Below are positions 34,090 through 44,392 of a stretch of 64,000 nucleotides of DNA, piece by piece. A program made the position numbers and the translations under genes. Each line of letters begins with the position of its first letter. Position 1 is the first letter of the stretch. The DNA comes from Candidatus Micrarchaeota archaeon. Its GTDB lineage: Archaea; Micrarchaeota; Micrarchaeia; Micrarchaeales; CABMGC01. The stretch covers positions 1,777-65,776 of the forward strand of contig DAHVUT010000017.1 in assembly GCA_027328425.1 (NCBI GenBank). Reading direction: 5' to 3'. The notes under the pieces are model-generated. The model was not told the DNA's origin, did no database searches, and saw only the letters and a program-made list of their open reading frames with translations.

Positions 34090-35529
34090 ATGAAATTCAC
34101 TAAGATTAGCGACGTTAAGTTCAAGCTCGAGAAGGATGAAAGCAGGGGCATGAACACGAACGTAGTCATGTATCTGACCGAGCCGATGCTTGAAAAGGTG
34201 AAGAACGACGGCACAGTGCAGCAGGCGGTGAACGTGTCTACGCTTCCGGGCATAGTCGGCGACGTGCTAGCGATGCCTGACGCACACGCAGGCTACGGCA
34301 TGCCCATCGGGGGCGTGGTGGCCTTCGATGCCGAGCACGGCATAGTGTCTCCCGGCGCGGTTGGATTTGACATAGGATGCGGCGTGAGGCTGATAAAGAC
34401 AGGGCTGAGCGAGAAAGAGGTCAGGCCGCACCTCAGCAAGCTCCTGGACACGCTCTTCAAGAACGTGCCCAGCGGAGTAGGCAGCAGGTTCAAGGCAGGC
34501 TTCACGCAGAGCGACCTGGAGAAAGTCGCGGAAGGCGGCGCAGGCTATGTAATAGAGAAGGGATTCGGGTGGACTGACGATGTTGAAAGAATGGAGGAGA
34601 ACGGGAGGATGCCCGATGCCAACTTCTCAGCAGTGAGCAACGATGCTAGGAAGAGGGGCCTGGACGAGCTCGGAACCCTGGGGGCCGGCAACCATTTCCT
34701 CGAGGTGCAGAAGGTGGAGCGTGTGTTTGACGAGAAAACGGCCACTGCTTACGGCCTGGAGCAGGGACAAGTGTTGGTGATGGTGCACACAGGCTCGAGA
34801 GGCTTCGGGCACCAGATTTGCAGCGATTACCTGCGCACGCTCAACGAGTACCAGGAAAAGAACAAGATACAGCTCATCGACAAGGAGCTGAGCTATGCGC
34901 ACGTGGGCAGCAAGGAGGCAAGCTCCTACCTTGCGGCCATGGGCTCTGCGATAAACTATTCGCTCGCGAACAGGCAAATAGTAATGCACAACGTAAGGAA
35001 AAGCTTCGAGGAGGTGTTCGGCAGGAGCGCGGATGCGCTCGGCATGGAGCTGCTCTACGACGTAGCGCACAACGCAGCAAAGAAGGAAGAACATACGGTA
35101 GATGGGAAAAGAATGCATGTGTATGTCCACAGGAAGGGGGCCACGAGAGCGTTCCCGAAGGGCATGGAGGAGGTGCCGAAAGAGTACAGGAACGTTGGAC
35201 AGCCTGTGCTGATCCCGGGCAGCATGGGAACTGCGAGCTACGTGCTCTGCGGCCAGGAGGGTTCTATGAAGGAGACGTTCGGCACCACCTGCCACGGAGC
35301 TGGCAGGGTCATGTCCAGGCACGAGGCAATACACAGCATACCTGAAAGCAAAACCTTTAGCTCGCTCAGCAACAAGGGGATAGAGATAAGGGTGAGGAGC
35401 AGGAAGCTGGTTAGCGAAGAAGCGGAGTGGGCCTACAAAAATGTTGATGATGTTGTGAGTGTGGTGGAGAAGGCTGGCATATCGAACATAGTAGCAAGGA
35501 ACGTGCCCATGGGCGTAGTTAAGGGATGA
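34090..35529 (+). CDS. rtcB: RNA 3'-phosphate ligase RtcB
   Basis: DAHAGYG, HTGSRGFGHQ and CHGAGR motifs. Confidence 0.9.
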   Translation: MKFTKISDVKFKLEKDESRGMNTNVVMYLTEPMLEKVKNDGTVQQAVNVSTLPGIVGDVLAMPDAHAGYGMPIGGVVAFDAEHGIVSPGAVGFDIGCGVRLIKTGLSEKEVRPHLSKLLDTLFKNVPSGVGSRFKAGFTQSDLEKVAEGGAGYVIEKGFGWTDDVERMEENGRMPDANFSAVSNDARKRGLDELGTLGAGNHFLEVQKVERVFDEKTATAYGLEQGQVLVMVHTGSRGFGHQICSDYLRTLNEYQEKNKIQLIDKELSYAHVGSKEASSYLAAMGSAINYSLANRQIVMHNVRKSFEEVFGRSADALGMELLYDVAHNAAKKEEHTVDGKRMHVYVHRKGATRAFPKGMEEVPKEYRNVGQPVLIPGSMGTASYVLCGQEGSMKETFGTTCHGAGRVMSRHEAIHSIPESKTFSSLSNKGIEIRVRSRKLVSEEAEWAYKNVDDVVSVVEKAGISNIVARNVPMGVVKG

Positions 35530-35579
35530 TGGGCCCTACTGTAGGCAATTAATATAAACCCTAAAATTACAGTTGGGCT

Positions 35580-36251
35580 TTGGAAACGGTAAGAAGCATG
35601 GGCAGTGCGTATCATACACAATCCGGAGGGTCTATGCACATGGAGAGTGTGTACCACACACCATTTACTGGGTTCACAGACCTCATAGAGAAAAGAATTG
35701 AAGACGCTGGCATCAGACTGAAAACTATCCTAGACTCGGAGCTCGCAACTCGGAACAACAAGAGCTACGACGACCGTTTTGTATTGGATGCCAAAGATGA
35801 AAACAGCAGGACTAGGCTACTATTAGTGTACACCTACAAAAACTACAATGAAAACTATTTCTTACACTGGGCTGACTTCAAAAGGAAATACGGCAGTAAG
35901 TACGACATCACGATGATTGTCGAGCACTCACCAAAGTTACACGGAGTCTACAGCAATACGAAGAAGCGCAAGGAGATCCTTGAAGGGCTACTGGCAGATC
36001 CGGAATTGAATGCAGGACAAAAACTGAAAATCGAAGACGTGTGCGACAGGCTTTGGTTTGTATGGTTGCCCAACGAGGATAAAAACGACCATTATGCTAA
36101 AAACAGCCTCGTTGCCGCTCTGAAATATTTCAAAAAAACATCAGACACATACGGAATGCAAACACTGCGTCGTGACAGGCAATTTACAGCTCAGATGCCT
36201 CCTGCGCACTACACACTTTCTCCAGCAGTTCAGAGGCCTGCGACAGAGTAG
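35580..36251 (+). CDS. Hypothetical protein (lower GC)
   Basis: 223 aa ORF. The N-terminus and the C-terminal overlap with the convergent gene are uncertain. Confidence 0.4.
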   Translation: METVRSMGSAYHTQSGGSMHMESVYHTPFTGFTDLIEKRIEDAGIRLKTILDSELATRNNKSYDDRFVLDAKDENSRTRLLLVYTYKNYNENYFLHWADFKRKYGSKYDITMIVEHSPKLHGVYSNTKKRKEILEGLLADPELNAGQKLKIEDVCDRLWFVWLPNEDKNDHYAKNSLVAALKYFKKTSDTYGMQTLRRDRQFTAQMPPAHYTLSPAVQRPATE

Positions 36252-37026
36252 CTATGTCGCCCAGTTTCCGCAGCAGCAAAGCAGCTTCCCCCATCCTCTT
36301 CTGCAGCGCAAGATGCCTTGCCAGGTAGTAGAATGAATTAATCTCATTGATTTCGAGCATACCCCCGAGCACCTTGTCCGTATCCCTCGCTCCGGTTTCC
36401 ACAGCATAAACAGCATAGGCGTAGCCCACGAGCGCATTCTGCCTATCCATCTGCTTCAGCTCTTCCAGTGCACGCATTGCATCCGTCTTCCTGCGCAGCC
36501 TCACGCAGCTCATGAACTTTATGAACAGCAATTGTGCATCAGCGGCTGCATTGCCGGCCTGCGCACCCCCGACAAGCTTTATCACCTTGTAGAAACACTC
36601 CTTTGCTTTGGAGGTCAGTTCCAAGCTGTTCCTTACGCTGACCGCATTGGCCTCCATGAATCCATGCAGACCATAATCCCTATTCGCATATTTTGACCAC
36701 GATGCGCCAGAATAGAACACGCCGAGCAGATAGAGCTGTTCCGGATCTGTGTTGCCCTTGAGCAACTTGCCCGCTTCCGCAACCGCCTCGTCAGGCTTGT
36801 TAGCTTTGAGCAATGATGCTATAGGCGCGAATGACGCCCGGGCCCTTCTCTCGTGCTCCGGCGCACTTTTCCCCAAGTCTATGCGCTGCTCACAGAAATT
36901 GCAGAACGAGTACGAGTTATTCGAAATGGCAGTCTGCATGCCGCAGTGCGGGCATACTATGCTCTGCGGTGCATACTTGGCAAGCATCTTGGCATATTTG
37001 GCTGCGTTCAGCATGCGCTCGTGCAA
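36184..37026 (-). CDS. Zn-ribbon plus helical-repeat (TPR-like) protein
   Basis: CPHCG...CNFCEQ is followed by Ala/Leu-rich helical repeats. Confidence 0.5.
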   Translation of the reverse strand: MHERMLNAAKYAKMLAKYAPQSIVCPHCGMQTAISNNSYSFCNFCEQRIDLGKSAPEHERRARASFAPIASLLKANKPDEAVAEAGKLLKGNTDPEQLYLLGVFYSGASWSKYANRDYGLHGFMEANAVSVRNSLELTSKAKECFYKVIKLVGGAQAGNAAADAQLLFIKFMSCVRLRRKTDAMRALEELKQMDRQNALVGYAYAVYAVETGARDTDKVLGGMLEINEINSFYYLARHLALQKRMGEAALLLRKLGDIATLSQASELLEKVCSAQEASEL

Positions 37027-37063
37027 ATATGTGCTTCAACGCTTAAATTGCTTGCCCCTGCTT

Positions 37064-37723
37064 CTACTTTTTCTGCAACGCTGCGAAGAGGTGCATTTTG
37101 GTGAACGGGGCGAGCGGCAGAGTCTGCAACACATTGTATCTTTTCCCTATGCTTGCCATGAACTCATTGTATACAAGCTCGGGCCTCTTTGCGACGTCTA
37201 TGCTCTGTGACTTTATAGCTACGTAGGCTATGCCGCCCTTCTTGAGGAGCGATGCGTTGATTGCGAGTATTTCTGCCTGGTCCCTGGCGGCTATGTCCTG
37301 GTATATGGAATCGTACTCCTTCATCTCGCCCGCATACGCCTCCACGTTCCTCGCGTCCTGCAGCACGGGCAGCATGTTGGGCCTTGCCTCGCACACCTTG
37401 AGCAGCTCCCGCATGCTGCGCTCGGCGATCTCCACGCAGCACACTAAGCCCCCCCTGCCCACTATGTCGCTCACATGGCTAGCCGTAGTGCCTGTAGCAG
37501 CACCGAGATAAAGCACATTGGAGCCCCGCTTTATCCCAAGCTCGCTAAGGCCGTTTATTATTGCGGCTGCCAGCTTGCTTCTGTACGGGTTCCACATTCT
37601 GTACTCCGCGCCGTCGTATTCCACCAGCCCCTCTCCATATACACTCCTACCCCTGACCAGGTTCTTTGTGGCCAGCCTGCCGTCGAGTCTGTATACGCCA
37701 TCGAATAGCTCCTTTACGTCCAT
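37064..37723 (-). CDS. flpA: Fibrillarin (box C/D rRNA/tRNA 2'-O-methyltransferase)
   Basis: VLYLGAATGTTASHVSDIV SAM motif, YRMWNPYRSKLAA. Confidence 0.9.
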   Translation of the reverse strand: MDVKELFDGVYRLDGRLATKNLVRGRSVYGEGLVEYDGAEYRMWNPYRSKLAAAIINGLSELGIKRGSNVLYLGAATGTTASHVSDIVGRGGLVCCVEIAERSMRELLKVCEARPNMLPVLQDARNVEAYAGEMKEYDSIYQDIAARDQAEILAINASLLKKGGIAYVAIKSQSIDVAKRPELVYNEFMASIGKRYNVLQTLPLAPFTKMHLFAALQKK

Positions 37724-37791
37724 TGGCACACTGCACAACAATCGTGAGTAAAAGTATTAAATCTGGCAACACAGAGTGTATCACGACCTTA

Positions 37792-40077
37792 ATGCTGGAA
37801 ACCACAACGATAGAGCAGGTAGTTGCTGACGTGTTCGAGATGAGCAGGGAATCTGGAAGCAAGGAAGATCTGCTCGCGAAGTTCGCCACAAGGATAGGGG
37901 GCGCCATGGGCATAGAATACGTGCTCGCGAAGGACACCTACTCAGACAGGGGCAGACTCGACGGCCTCGACGAGTTCGTGATGAACACAGGCAAACCGTA
38001 TGTGGACAACAGGCTAAGCGGCTATTCGGCATTCCCGGAACTGATAAAGCACTACAATCTGGGCTTCAGGAGCTGCATGATGCTGCCAGTGAGCGTCGAG
38101 GGCAAGCCCGTCCTCGTAGCCACGTTCCTGTCCAGGCAGGAGGACAGGTTCGACACGGGCACAGTATCTAAGCTCGGCATGGCTGCTGGCGCCCTCGGCT
38201 ACGCCGTGGCGGCCAAGGCCGAACGGGAGAGGAGCGTCAACCTTGCACATTACTTCGACGCTGCATTCAACACGTACATGGCACAGATGCTGATAGACAG
38301 GACCGGCACCATAGTAAAAGCAAATAAGAGCGCCTGCGAGGCGTTCGGCAAGACACAGAAGGAGATGGTGGGCAGGAACATCAACGAGTTCATAGACGCC
38401 GACGCTAACATGCTACTCTCACTCCAGGGCTGGCGCACTGCCGACATAAGGGACAGGCTGCAGCGCGGCAGGGTCTTCAGGGCAAGCTGCGGCAATGTGA
38501 ACGACAGGCTTCTGCACGTCCTGCTCTCAGATTCTACCGAACTGCTGGAGACCAAAGAGAAAGTCAAAGCGGCGGAACAGGGCGCCAACGACGCGTTCGC
38601 ACTCCTTGCGCCAGACACCAGCATAATGTGGGCCAGCGCGAACATAGAGCGCGTGCTCAAGATAGGCAAGAACGCTTTCGTGGGCAGGAAGCTCACGGAT
38701 ATGATCTACGGCGACAGCAGCTTCGATGCGTGGCTCAAGCAGGTCGACGGGGCCGTGACTAGGGCGCTTCACCTCAATCTAGGCAACGGTGTCTATGCTG
38801 ATGCAAAAACAGTAATATCAAAAAACTCGTTCGGGGGCTACTCGTGCATGCTGTCAAGCAGCAATCTCGAGAAGTACGCCACTGCAATGCGCGGCGCGCT
38901 GGAAGGGCTCATAGAGTCGAGCAACGATGCCATAATAAGCACCGATGCATTCGGCTACGTCAAGTCTATGAATAGGAGCGCGGAACGGCTTCTAGGCTAT
39001 TCCAACAGCGAACTGAGCGGCACTGCCGTGTCGTCGCTATACTCGGACAACGAGAGCAGGAGCAAGTTCGATTCATCAGTATCCATCGCGAGGAACAGCG
39101 GAGTGGTGGAGAACGACTTCGTGAACGCAAGGTGCAAAAGTGGCGAGATTGTGCCCTGCGAGCAGTCCCTGAGGAGCATGCGCGATCCTGATTACAACCT
39201 CGTGGGCTACATGATGGTGATCAAGGAGCTGGCCACCAAACAGAAGATGAGCAGGCTCGAGGACTCCAACGAGGACCTCGAGAAGAAGTTCGAGAACGCG
39301 AAATCCGAGAGCGAGCTCAAGACGCAGTTCCTGTACAACATATCGCACGACCTCAAGACTCCACTCACCAGCATATACGGCTACGGCAAGCTGCTAGCGA
39401 GCGGCTCGAAAGACCTGGATCCGCGCTACAAGGAGTACGCTGACATAATAACCAAAGAAGCGGACAGGCTGCTCCAGCTAATACTCCAGATACTCGATGT
39501 GGCCAAGCTCAGCTCTGGCAGGATACAGCTTGACGCGCAGCAGGTCAACTTCAACGACCTGGTAAAGAATCCTGCAATACAGTCGCTGGCAGAGTTCGCA
39601 GGAAAGAAAGGCATTGCCTTCGAGGTGGCGATAGGCTACGACGTGCCTGCAATACAGGCAGACCCGAACAGGCTCATACAGGTGTTGGTCAACCTTATAG
39701 GCAACGCCATAAAGTTCACGGAACAGGGCAGCATACGCCTGGGAGTTGCCAGGGTGAGCAGCAAGAGCAAGTTCGTGCGGGTCGAAGTCAGGGACACAGG
39801 CACAGGCATAAGCAAAGAAGACATGAAGAAGCTGTTCAAGAAGTTCTACCAGGTGCAGAGGAAGGGGCTGACAGTGCAGGAGGGCTCCGGCACCGGCCTT
39901 GGGCTCAGCATAGCCAAGGAGATAGTAAACCTGCACGGGGGCAAAATCGGAGTGGAATCCGAACCGGGCAAAGGCAGCACGTTCTGGTTCAACCTGCCCA
40001 TAGCAGGAGCCGTCAAGAAGAGCAATAGAAAAAAGGCAAAGCAGCAGGAATCGCACAAAGAAACAGACCCACGCTAG
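37792..40077 (+). CDS. Cytoplasmic sensor histidine kinase (GAF, multiple PAS, HisKA, HATPase_c)
   Basis: H-box FLYNISHDLKTPLTSI, N-box LIGNAIKFT, G-boxes DTGTGI and GSGTGLGLSI. No TM segments. Confidence 0.85.
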   Translation: MLETTTIEQVVADVFEMSRESGSKEDLLAKFATRIGGAMGIEYVLAKDTYSDRGRLDGLDEFVMNTGKPYVDNRLSGYSAFPELIKHYNLGFRSCMMLPVSVEGKPVLVATFLSRQEDRFDTGTVSKLGMAAGALGYAVAAKAERERSVNLAHYFDAAFNTYMAQMLIDRTGTIVKANKSACEAFGKTQKEMVGRNINEFIDADANMLLSLQGWRTADIRDRLQRGRVFRASCGNVNDRLLHVLLSDSTELLETKEKVKAAEQGANDAFALLAPDTSIMWASANIERVLKIGKNAFVGRKLTDMIYGDSSFDAWLKQVDGAVTRALHLNLGNGVYADAKTVISKNSFGGYSCMLSSSNLEKYATAMRGALEGLIESSNDAIISTDAFGYVKSMNRSAERLLGYSNSELSGTAVSSLYSDNESRSKFDSSVSIARNSGVVENDFVNARCKSGEIVPCEQSLRSMRDPDYNLVGYMMVIKELATKQKMSRLEDSNEDLEKKFENAKSESELKTQFLYNISHDLKTPLTSIYGYGKLLASGSKDLDPRYKEYADIITKEADRLLQLILQILDVAKLSSGRIQLDAQQVNFNDLVKNPAIQSLAEFAGKKGIAFEVAIGYDVPAIQADPNRLIQVLVNLIGNAIKFTEQGSIRLGVARVSSKSKFVRVEVRDTGTGISKEDMKKLFKKFYQVQRKGLTVQEGSGTGLGLSIAKEIVNLHGGKIGVESEPGKGSTFWFNLPIAGAVKKSNRKKAKQQESHKETDPR

Positions 40078-40089
40078 CCCGACCGGCCT

Positions 40090-41091
40090 TCAGGGAGTTA
40101 CATAGGCTGCGCATGCGTTGAGTATCTTGCTCTGGAAGGCGTATGTGCTGTTCAGCTGCGTGTAGTTGAGCCCGTAGTATACGCCGGTGTATGTCACGCT
40201 TGACAGGAAAGAGGAAGAGCTTGTGTTGACGATAGCGACCAGCGCGGCCCCTGTGGACGAGCTCGATGGGGCAGCAGTCTTGTATACCACCGCTACGTTT
40301 GGCCCTGAGGAGACGCTGGCGTTGACAGTAAGGCTCCTCGGCACCACCTGGCTAAGGTTCGCGAAGTCGACAGGAGCTGGAGGAGCCGAGCCATGATATG
40401 TCCTGTATGTGGAATTGTAGGTGCTCGCATTGCATCCCGGATCCTTTGCGTAGAGCTTCGCATAATTGTTCATCAGCACACCTGTACCTGTGGAGTTTAT
40501 CAGGCCCATAGCCTTCGCCACTTCCGTCTGACTGCTGTTCTGCGGCTTCACTGTCGTAGTTGAAGCCACACTGCTAGTGGATTGCGGCACCACTATCGTA
40601 ACGTTTGCGGACGCAACGCCGCTAAGGCTTGATGGATTGGAAATACTGACGCCAGGGCTCACACCGACCCCGAGAACCTCATGGAGCGGAGTTATCTCGA
40701 CGCTTGCACCTGTGCCGCTGCTAGAAGTGAGCACTATGTTCATGTCAGCGCTCTGCATTCCGAAGGCACTGACGCTCATGCTCTGCGAGGGGGTGAGCGT
40801 GAAGCTCACCATGGAGCTATAAAGGAGAGGAACCGCACCCAGTGAAAAAGAGGCCCCGGAAGCCGACGATGAGGTAAGCGTAAGGGCAACCACGCTGCTA
40901 TTGTAGAGTCTCATGAACACAGTCTGGTTCTGGCCCAGCGACAGGCTCTGCGCGCTTGAGACTGTGATTACGCTGGGGAAAGCGAGCGAGTAGATGGCAT
41001 ACACTACTATCAGAAATACTATGGCAAGCAATATCAGCCTGCCCAGCTTGAACTGACCTCTTGCATGCACCTGGCTTGCCTTAGAACGCAT
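40090..41091 (-). CDS. N-terminally anchored Ser/Thr-rich surface protein
   Basis: One TM (LILLAIVFLIVVYAIYSLAF) followed by ~300 aa of S/T/V/N-rich sequence with many N-x-S/T sequons. Confidence 0.55.
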   Translation of the reverse strand: MRSKASQVHARGQFKLGRLILLAIVFLIVVYAIYSLAFPSVITVSSAQSLSLGQNQTVFMRLYNSSVVALTLTSSSASGASFSLGAVPLLYSSMVSFTLTPSQSMSVSAFGMQSADMNIVLTSSSGTGASVEITPLHEVLGVGVSPGVSISNPSSLSGVASANVTIVVPQSTSSVASTTTVKPQNSSQTEVAKAMGLINSTGTGVLMNNYAKLYAKDPGCNASTYNSTYRTYHGSAPPAPVDFANLSQVVPRSLTVNASVSSGPNVAVVYKTAAPSSSSTGAALVAIVNTSSSSFLSSVTYTGVYYGLNYTQLNSTYAFQSKILNACAAYVTP

Positions 41092-41165
41092 ACGATTGCC
41101 TGCAAAGGTTTCTGCAAGAACCAATATTATTCTTTCGTTGCCCAATAGGCTTGCGACCAGGGGAG

Positions 41166-42365
41166 ATGATGAAAGGCATAGAGGATGTAGAATCCGACAT
41201 TATGTCGATGGTTAACGACAGGCAGGAAGTCACTTACAATGAGCTCAAAGACTACGTTACGGAGCTGGACGCGGACAAGGAAACACTGGACAGGGCGCTG
41301 CTTGAACTGGAGAAGGCAGGCGCTATAGCCTCCAGGAGCAGCGGCGGCATACCTACTTATTACATGCTGCAGGAGCAGCAACCTATAAAACGCGTCTTCG
41401 TTGTCGAGGACGACCCGGCAATAAACAAGCTGATGGCGCTCTCCATAGGCGGCGGCTACCAGACAACACAGATATACGACGGCAAGGAGGCGATAGAGAA
41501 GATAAAATACCAAAAGCCGGATCTAGTCATACTGGACCTCATGCTGCCCGGAGCCGACGGCCTGGAGGTGTGCAAGACCATAAAGACCACGCAGGGACTC
41601 AAGGACATAACTGTGATAATAGTAAGCGCGATGGACGCTACAAGCAACAGGTTCAAGGGCATAAAGTACGGGGCCGATTACTACATAAAGAAACCATTTG
41701 ACCCCGACGAACTCGGAAGCCTAGTGACCATATTCCTTAAGAAGAAAGGCAAGAAGTTCGATCCGCTCATAGACCTGCCGAACGAGGAACGCATATCAGG
41801 CACGATGGAGAAGGCAGTGCGCGGCGCAGACAGCGACTACAGCATAGGGAGGCTACGCGTCGACAACCTGGCCAACTTCGCGGAGCGATTCGGCAACGAC
41901 GCAGGCATAACGATACTGCGCCTCGTATCGCAGCTGCTGCAAGACAAAGTGCGTGACAACGGCGGCGAGACTTTCGTGGGCTTCCTGAACGGTGATGATT
42001 TCGTGATAGCAGGCAACGGTGGCAGTGTGGAGAAGATGGTCGAGAACATAAAGCAGGAGTTCCAGAACGTGCTTCCCTTCGTGTACCAGAGCGAGGGCTA
42101 CAAACCCATAGAGCTCGGCATAGAGGATACGTACACGGCCCAGAACCCCACGCTTTCGCTGACTTACTCTGAAATAAAGCGCGAGACGCTCATAGCCAGA
42201 CGCGCCGAGGTGCTCAAGGAGAAAAGGGCCAGTGGAGACATAGGCTCATACACGTACGATGAGCTGAGGCGCATGCTGGGCAGCGACGAACTCGACATAA
42301 CCATAACTAGAGACAGCAACGGCGTCAAACTCTCTGTGGGCAAGGGAGCCGGAAGGCAGGGTTAG
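41166..42365 (+). CDS. Response regulator: wHTH-like N-domain, REC, and a degenerate GGDEF-like domain
   Basis: REC: VFVVEDDP...DLVILDLMLPGADG...KKPF. C-terminal: DPLIDLPNEE...LRVDNLANFAERFGNDAG...FVGFLNGDDFVIAG parallels DpLTgLpNR...lDiDhFKxiNDxyGHxaGD...RyGGDEFail. Confidence 0.7.
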   Translation: MMKGIEDVESDIMSMVNDRQEVTYNELKDYVTELDADKETLDRALLELEKAGAIASRSSGGIPTYYMLQEQQPIKRVFVVEDDPAINKLMALSIGGGYQTTQIYDGKEAIEKIKYQKPDLVILDLMLPGADGLEVCKTIKTTQGLKDITVIIVSAMDATSNRFKGIKYGADYYIKKPFDPDELGSLVTIFLKKKGKKFDPLIDLPNEERISGTMEKAVRGADSDYSIGRLRVDNLANFAERFGNDAGITILRLVSQLLQDKVRDNGGETFVGFLNGDDFVIAGNGGSVEKMVENIKQEFQNVLPFVYQSEGYKPIELGIEDTYTAQNPTLSLTYSEIKRETLIARRAEVLKEKRASGDIGSYTYDELRRMLGSDELDITITRDSNGVKLSVGKGAGRQG

Positions 42366-42375
42366 AACCAACCGC

Positions 42376-44367
42376 TCACTTGAATCTTATAGAATCGAGA
42401 TTCATTGGGGCGCGCGCCTCTACGTGGAACCTCGCGCCCATTGTCCTCGCCAGGTCGTCGCATCTCGCCTCCTCGCCGTGCATCGTGAATATCCTCTTCG
42501 GCTGGCCGGGCCTCAGGTTCTGGACGAAATTTAGCAGTTGGTGCCTGTCACTGTGACCCGAGAAGGCATCCACCGTGGCCACCTGCATACGCACGTTGAT
42601 CTGCACGAGCTTGCCGTCCTCTCCCGGTAGCGCTATCTCCTTGAAACCGTTCTGTATCTTCCTGCCCAGCGAGTTGGTGCTGTTGTACCCAACGAACACT
42701 ATCGCGTTGCGCTCGTCCTCTGCGAGTGCCTTGAAGTATTCGAGGCTCGTGCCTCCGTTGAGCATGCCTCCGCTCGCCAGTATGACAGCGGGCCCCTTAT
42801 CCACTATCTCCTGCCTCTCGCCCTTCGCCACCTCGAAGATCTCGCTCTCGAAAGGAGAGTTGTTGCTCAGTATCCTGTGCTGCAGGCTCGCCTTGAGATA
42901 TTCCGGATAGGCAGTATGTATTGCAGTGGCCTCCAATATCATGCCATCAAGGTAGACGGGCACGTCGAACTTGAACATTGGGTTGCCCTCAGCGTACGAC
43001 TCCAGGGTAAGCATGAGCTCCTGCGACCTGCCTACCGAGAAGACAGGGATGAGCACCTTGCCGCCGCTTTCCGTCACGCGCTTTATGAGCTGCATCAACT
43101 GCACCTCCGCATCCTGCCTATTCACACCTATGTTCTTCGGGCCTCCATACGTGCTCTCTATGAAAAGCGAGTCTATTCGTGGGTACCGCGTGTCGGCCTG
43201 GTCCAGCAGCCTTGTGAACCCGTACTTCATGTCTCCAGTGTGCACCACGTTGTACATGCCTTCGCCTATGTGGAGGTGCACCACCGAACTGCCGAGTATG
43301 TGCCCGGCATTATGATACGTGAGCTTGACCTCCTCCGTGACGTTCGTCACCTCGCCGTAGTCTCTGGTCACCATATGCGCGAGCATCTTCTTCACGTCCT
43401 TCTCCTCGTACAGCGGTGTGCCGCCGCTGCGCTGCACCAGTTTCATGTAGTCGAAGAGCAGCAGGGCAGCGAGATCCCTCGTGGGCGGTGTGCAGTACAC
43501 GGGCCCATCGTAGCCGAACTTGAAAAGGTAGGGCACAAAGCCTATGTGGTCCATGTGCGCGTGCGTGAGTATGACAGCGTCGAGGTCGTTTATGGTTATG
43601 TTGGCGCTGTCAAGATACGGGAACGCCTTGTTTGTGTCACCGGTCACCGCGTCCAGTCCCCTGACGGCAGGCTCAGGACTAACTCCGCAGTCTATTATCA
43701 TCTTCGAGTGATTGGTCTCTATCAAGAGGCTGCTCCTGCCCACTTCTCTGAAGCCGCCGAGCGCCGTGGCCTTCACCCACTCGCTCTGCACCATAGGCTG
43801 GTTTATCTTCTTGCCTATCGTGGTCAGGAACTTCTTCCTGAACTCGCTCTCCTTGACGAGCAGCTGGCGCACTCCCTTTATTACATCGCTGTTCATCGTG
43901 GGTATGCGCAGAACCTTCGGCACCCATCCGGTCTCTATCACTATCCTTATCAGCGTGCTGCCCCCCTTGCCTATGACGAGGCCGGGCTTCATGGCCTCGA
44001 TCTGCACCTCGTTGAACTCAGGCACGTATCTTATTGTCTCTGCGTTGATCCCTGCTTCCTGTGGCACTATCTCCAGTATCTTCGCAGTGGCCTTCTCGGG
44101 ATCCGAGAGGCTCGCCGTATCGCTCCTCACTATCAGTTTCTTCTTGACGCTCGCGGATATGCCCTTTATAACGTTCTCGCTGCCATACATCGCGGCTACG
44201 TTCTTTACGTACACAGCCACGTCCGGACCCTCGAACTCGGCCTTGGTGAGTCCAGCTTCGCTGGGCACCAGCGACTTGACTGTTTCCAGTATGCCCTTTG
44301 CTTCTACTTTCTCTTCTGCTTCCAAATATATCAACTTGCTCACAGGCGCGCATCTGGATGCGCGCAC
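42376..44367 (-). CDS. aCPSF1/FttA beta-CASP ribonuclease (KH + metallo-beta-lactamase)
   Basis: N-terminal KH domains, HAHMDHIG, and beta-CASP motifs. The start is uncertain. Confidence 0.85.
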   Translation of the reverse strand: MRASRCAPVSKLIYLEAEEKVEAKGILETVKSLVPSEAGLTKAEFEGPDVAVYVKNVAAMYGSENVIKGISASVKKKLIVRSDTASLSDPEKATAKILEIVPQEAGINAETIRYVPEFNEVQIEAMKPGLVIGKGGSTLIRIVIETGWVPKVLRIPTMNSDVIKGVRQLLVKESEFRKKFLTTIGKKINQPMVQSEWVKATALGGFREVGRSSLLIETNHSKMIIDCGVSPEPAVRGLDAVTGDTNKAFPYLDSANITINDLDAVILTHAHMDHIGFVPYLFKFGYDGPVYCTPPTRDLAALLLFDYMKLVQRSGGTPLYEEKDVKKMLAHMVTRDYGEVTNVTEEVKLTYHNAGHILGSSVVHLHIGEGMYNVVHTGDMKYGFTRLLDQADTRYPRIDSLFIESTYGGPKNIGVNRQDAEVQLMQLIKRVTESGGKVLIPVFSVGRSQELMLTLESYAEGNPMFKFDVPVYLDGMILEATAIHTAYPEYLKASLQHRILSNNSPFESEIFEVAKGERQEIVDKGPAVILASGGMLNGGTSLEYFKALAEDERNAIVFVGYNSTNSLGRKIQNGFKEIALPGEDGKLVQINVRMQVATVDAFSGHSDRHQLLNFVQNLRPGQPKRIFTMHGEEARCDDLARTMGARFHVEARAPMNLDSIRFK

Positions 44368-44392
44368 CCGGCTATACTAAAAATGAAACTGG

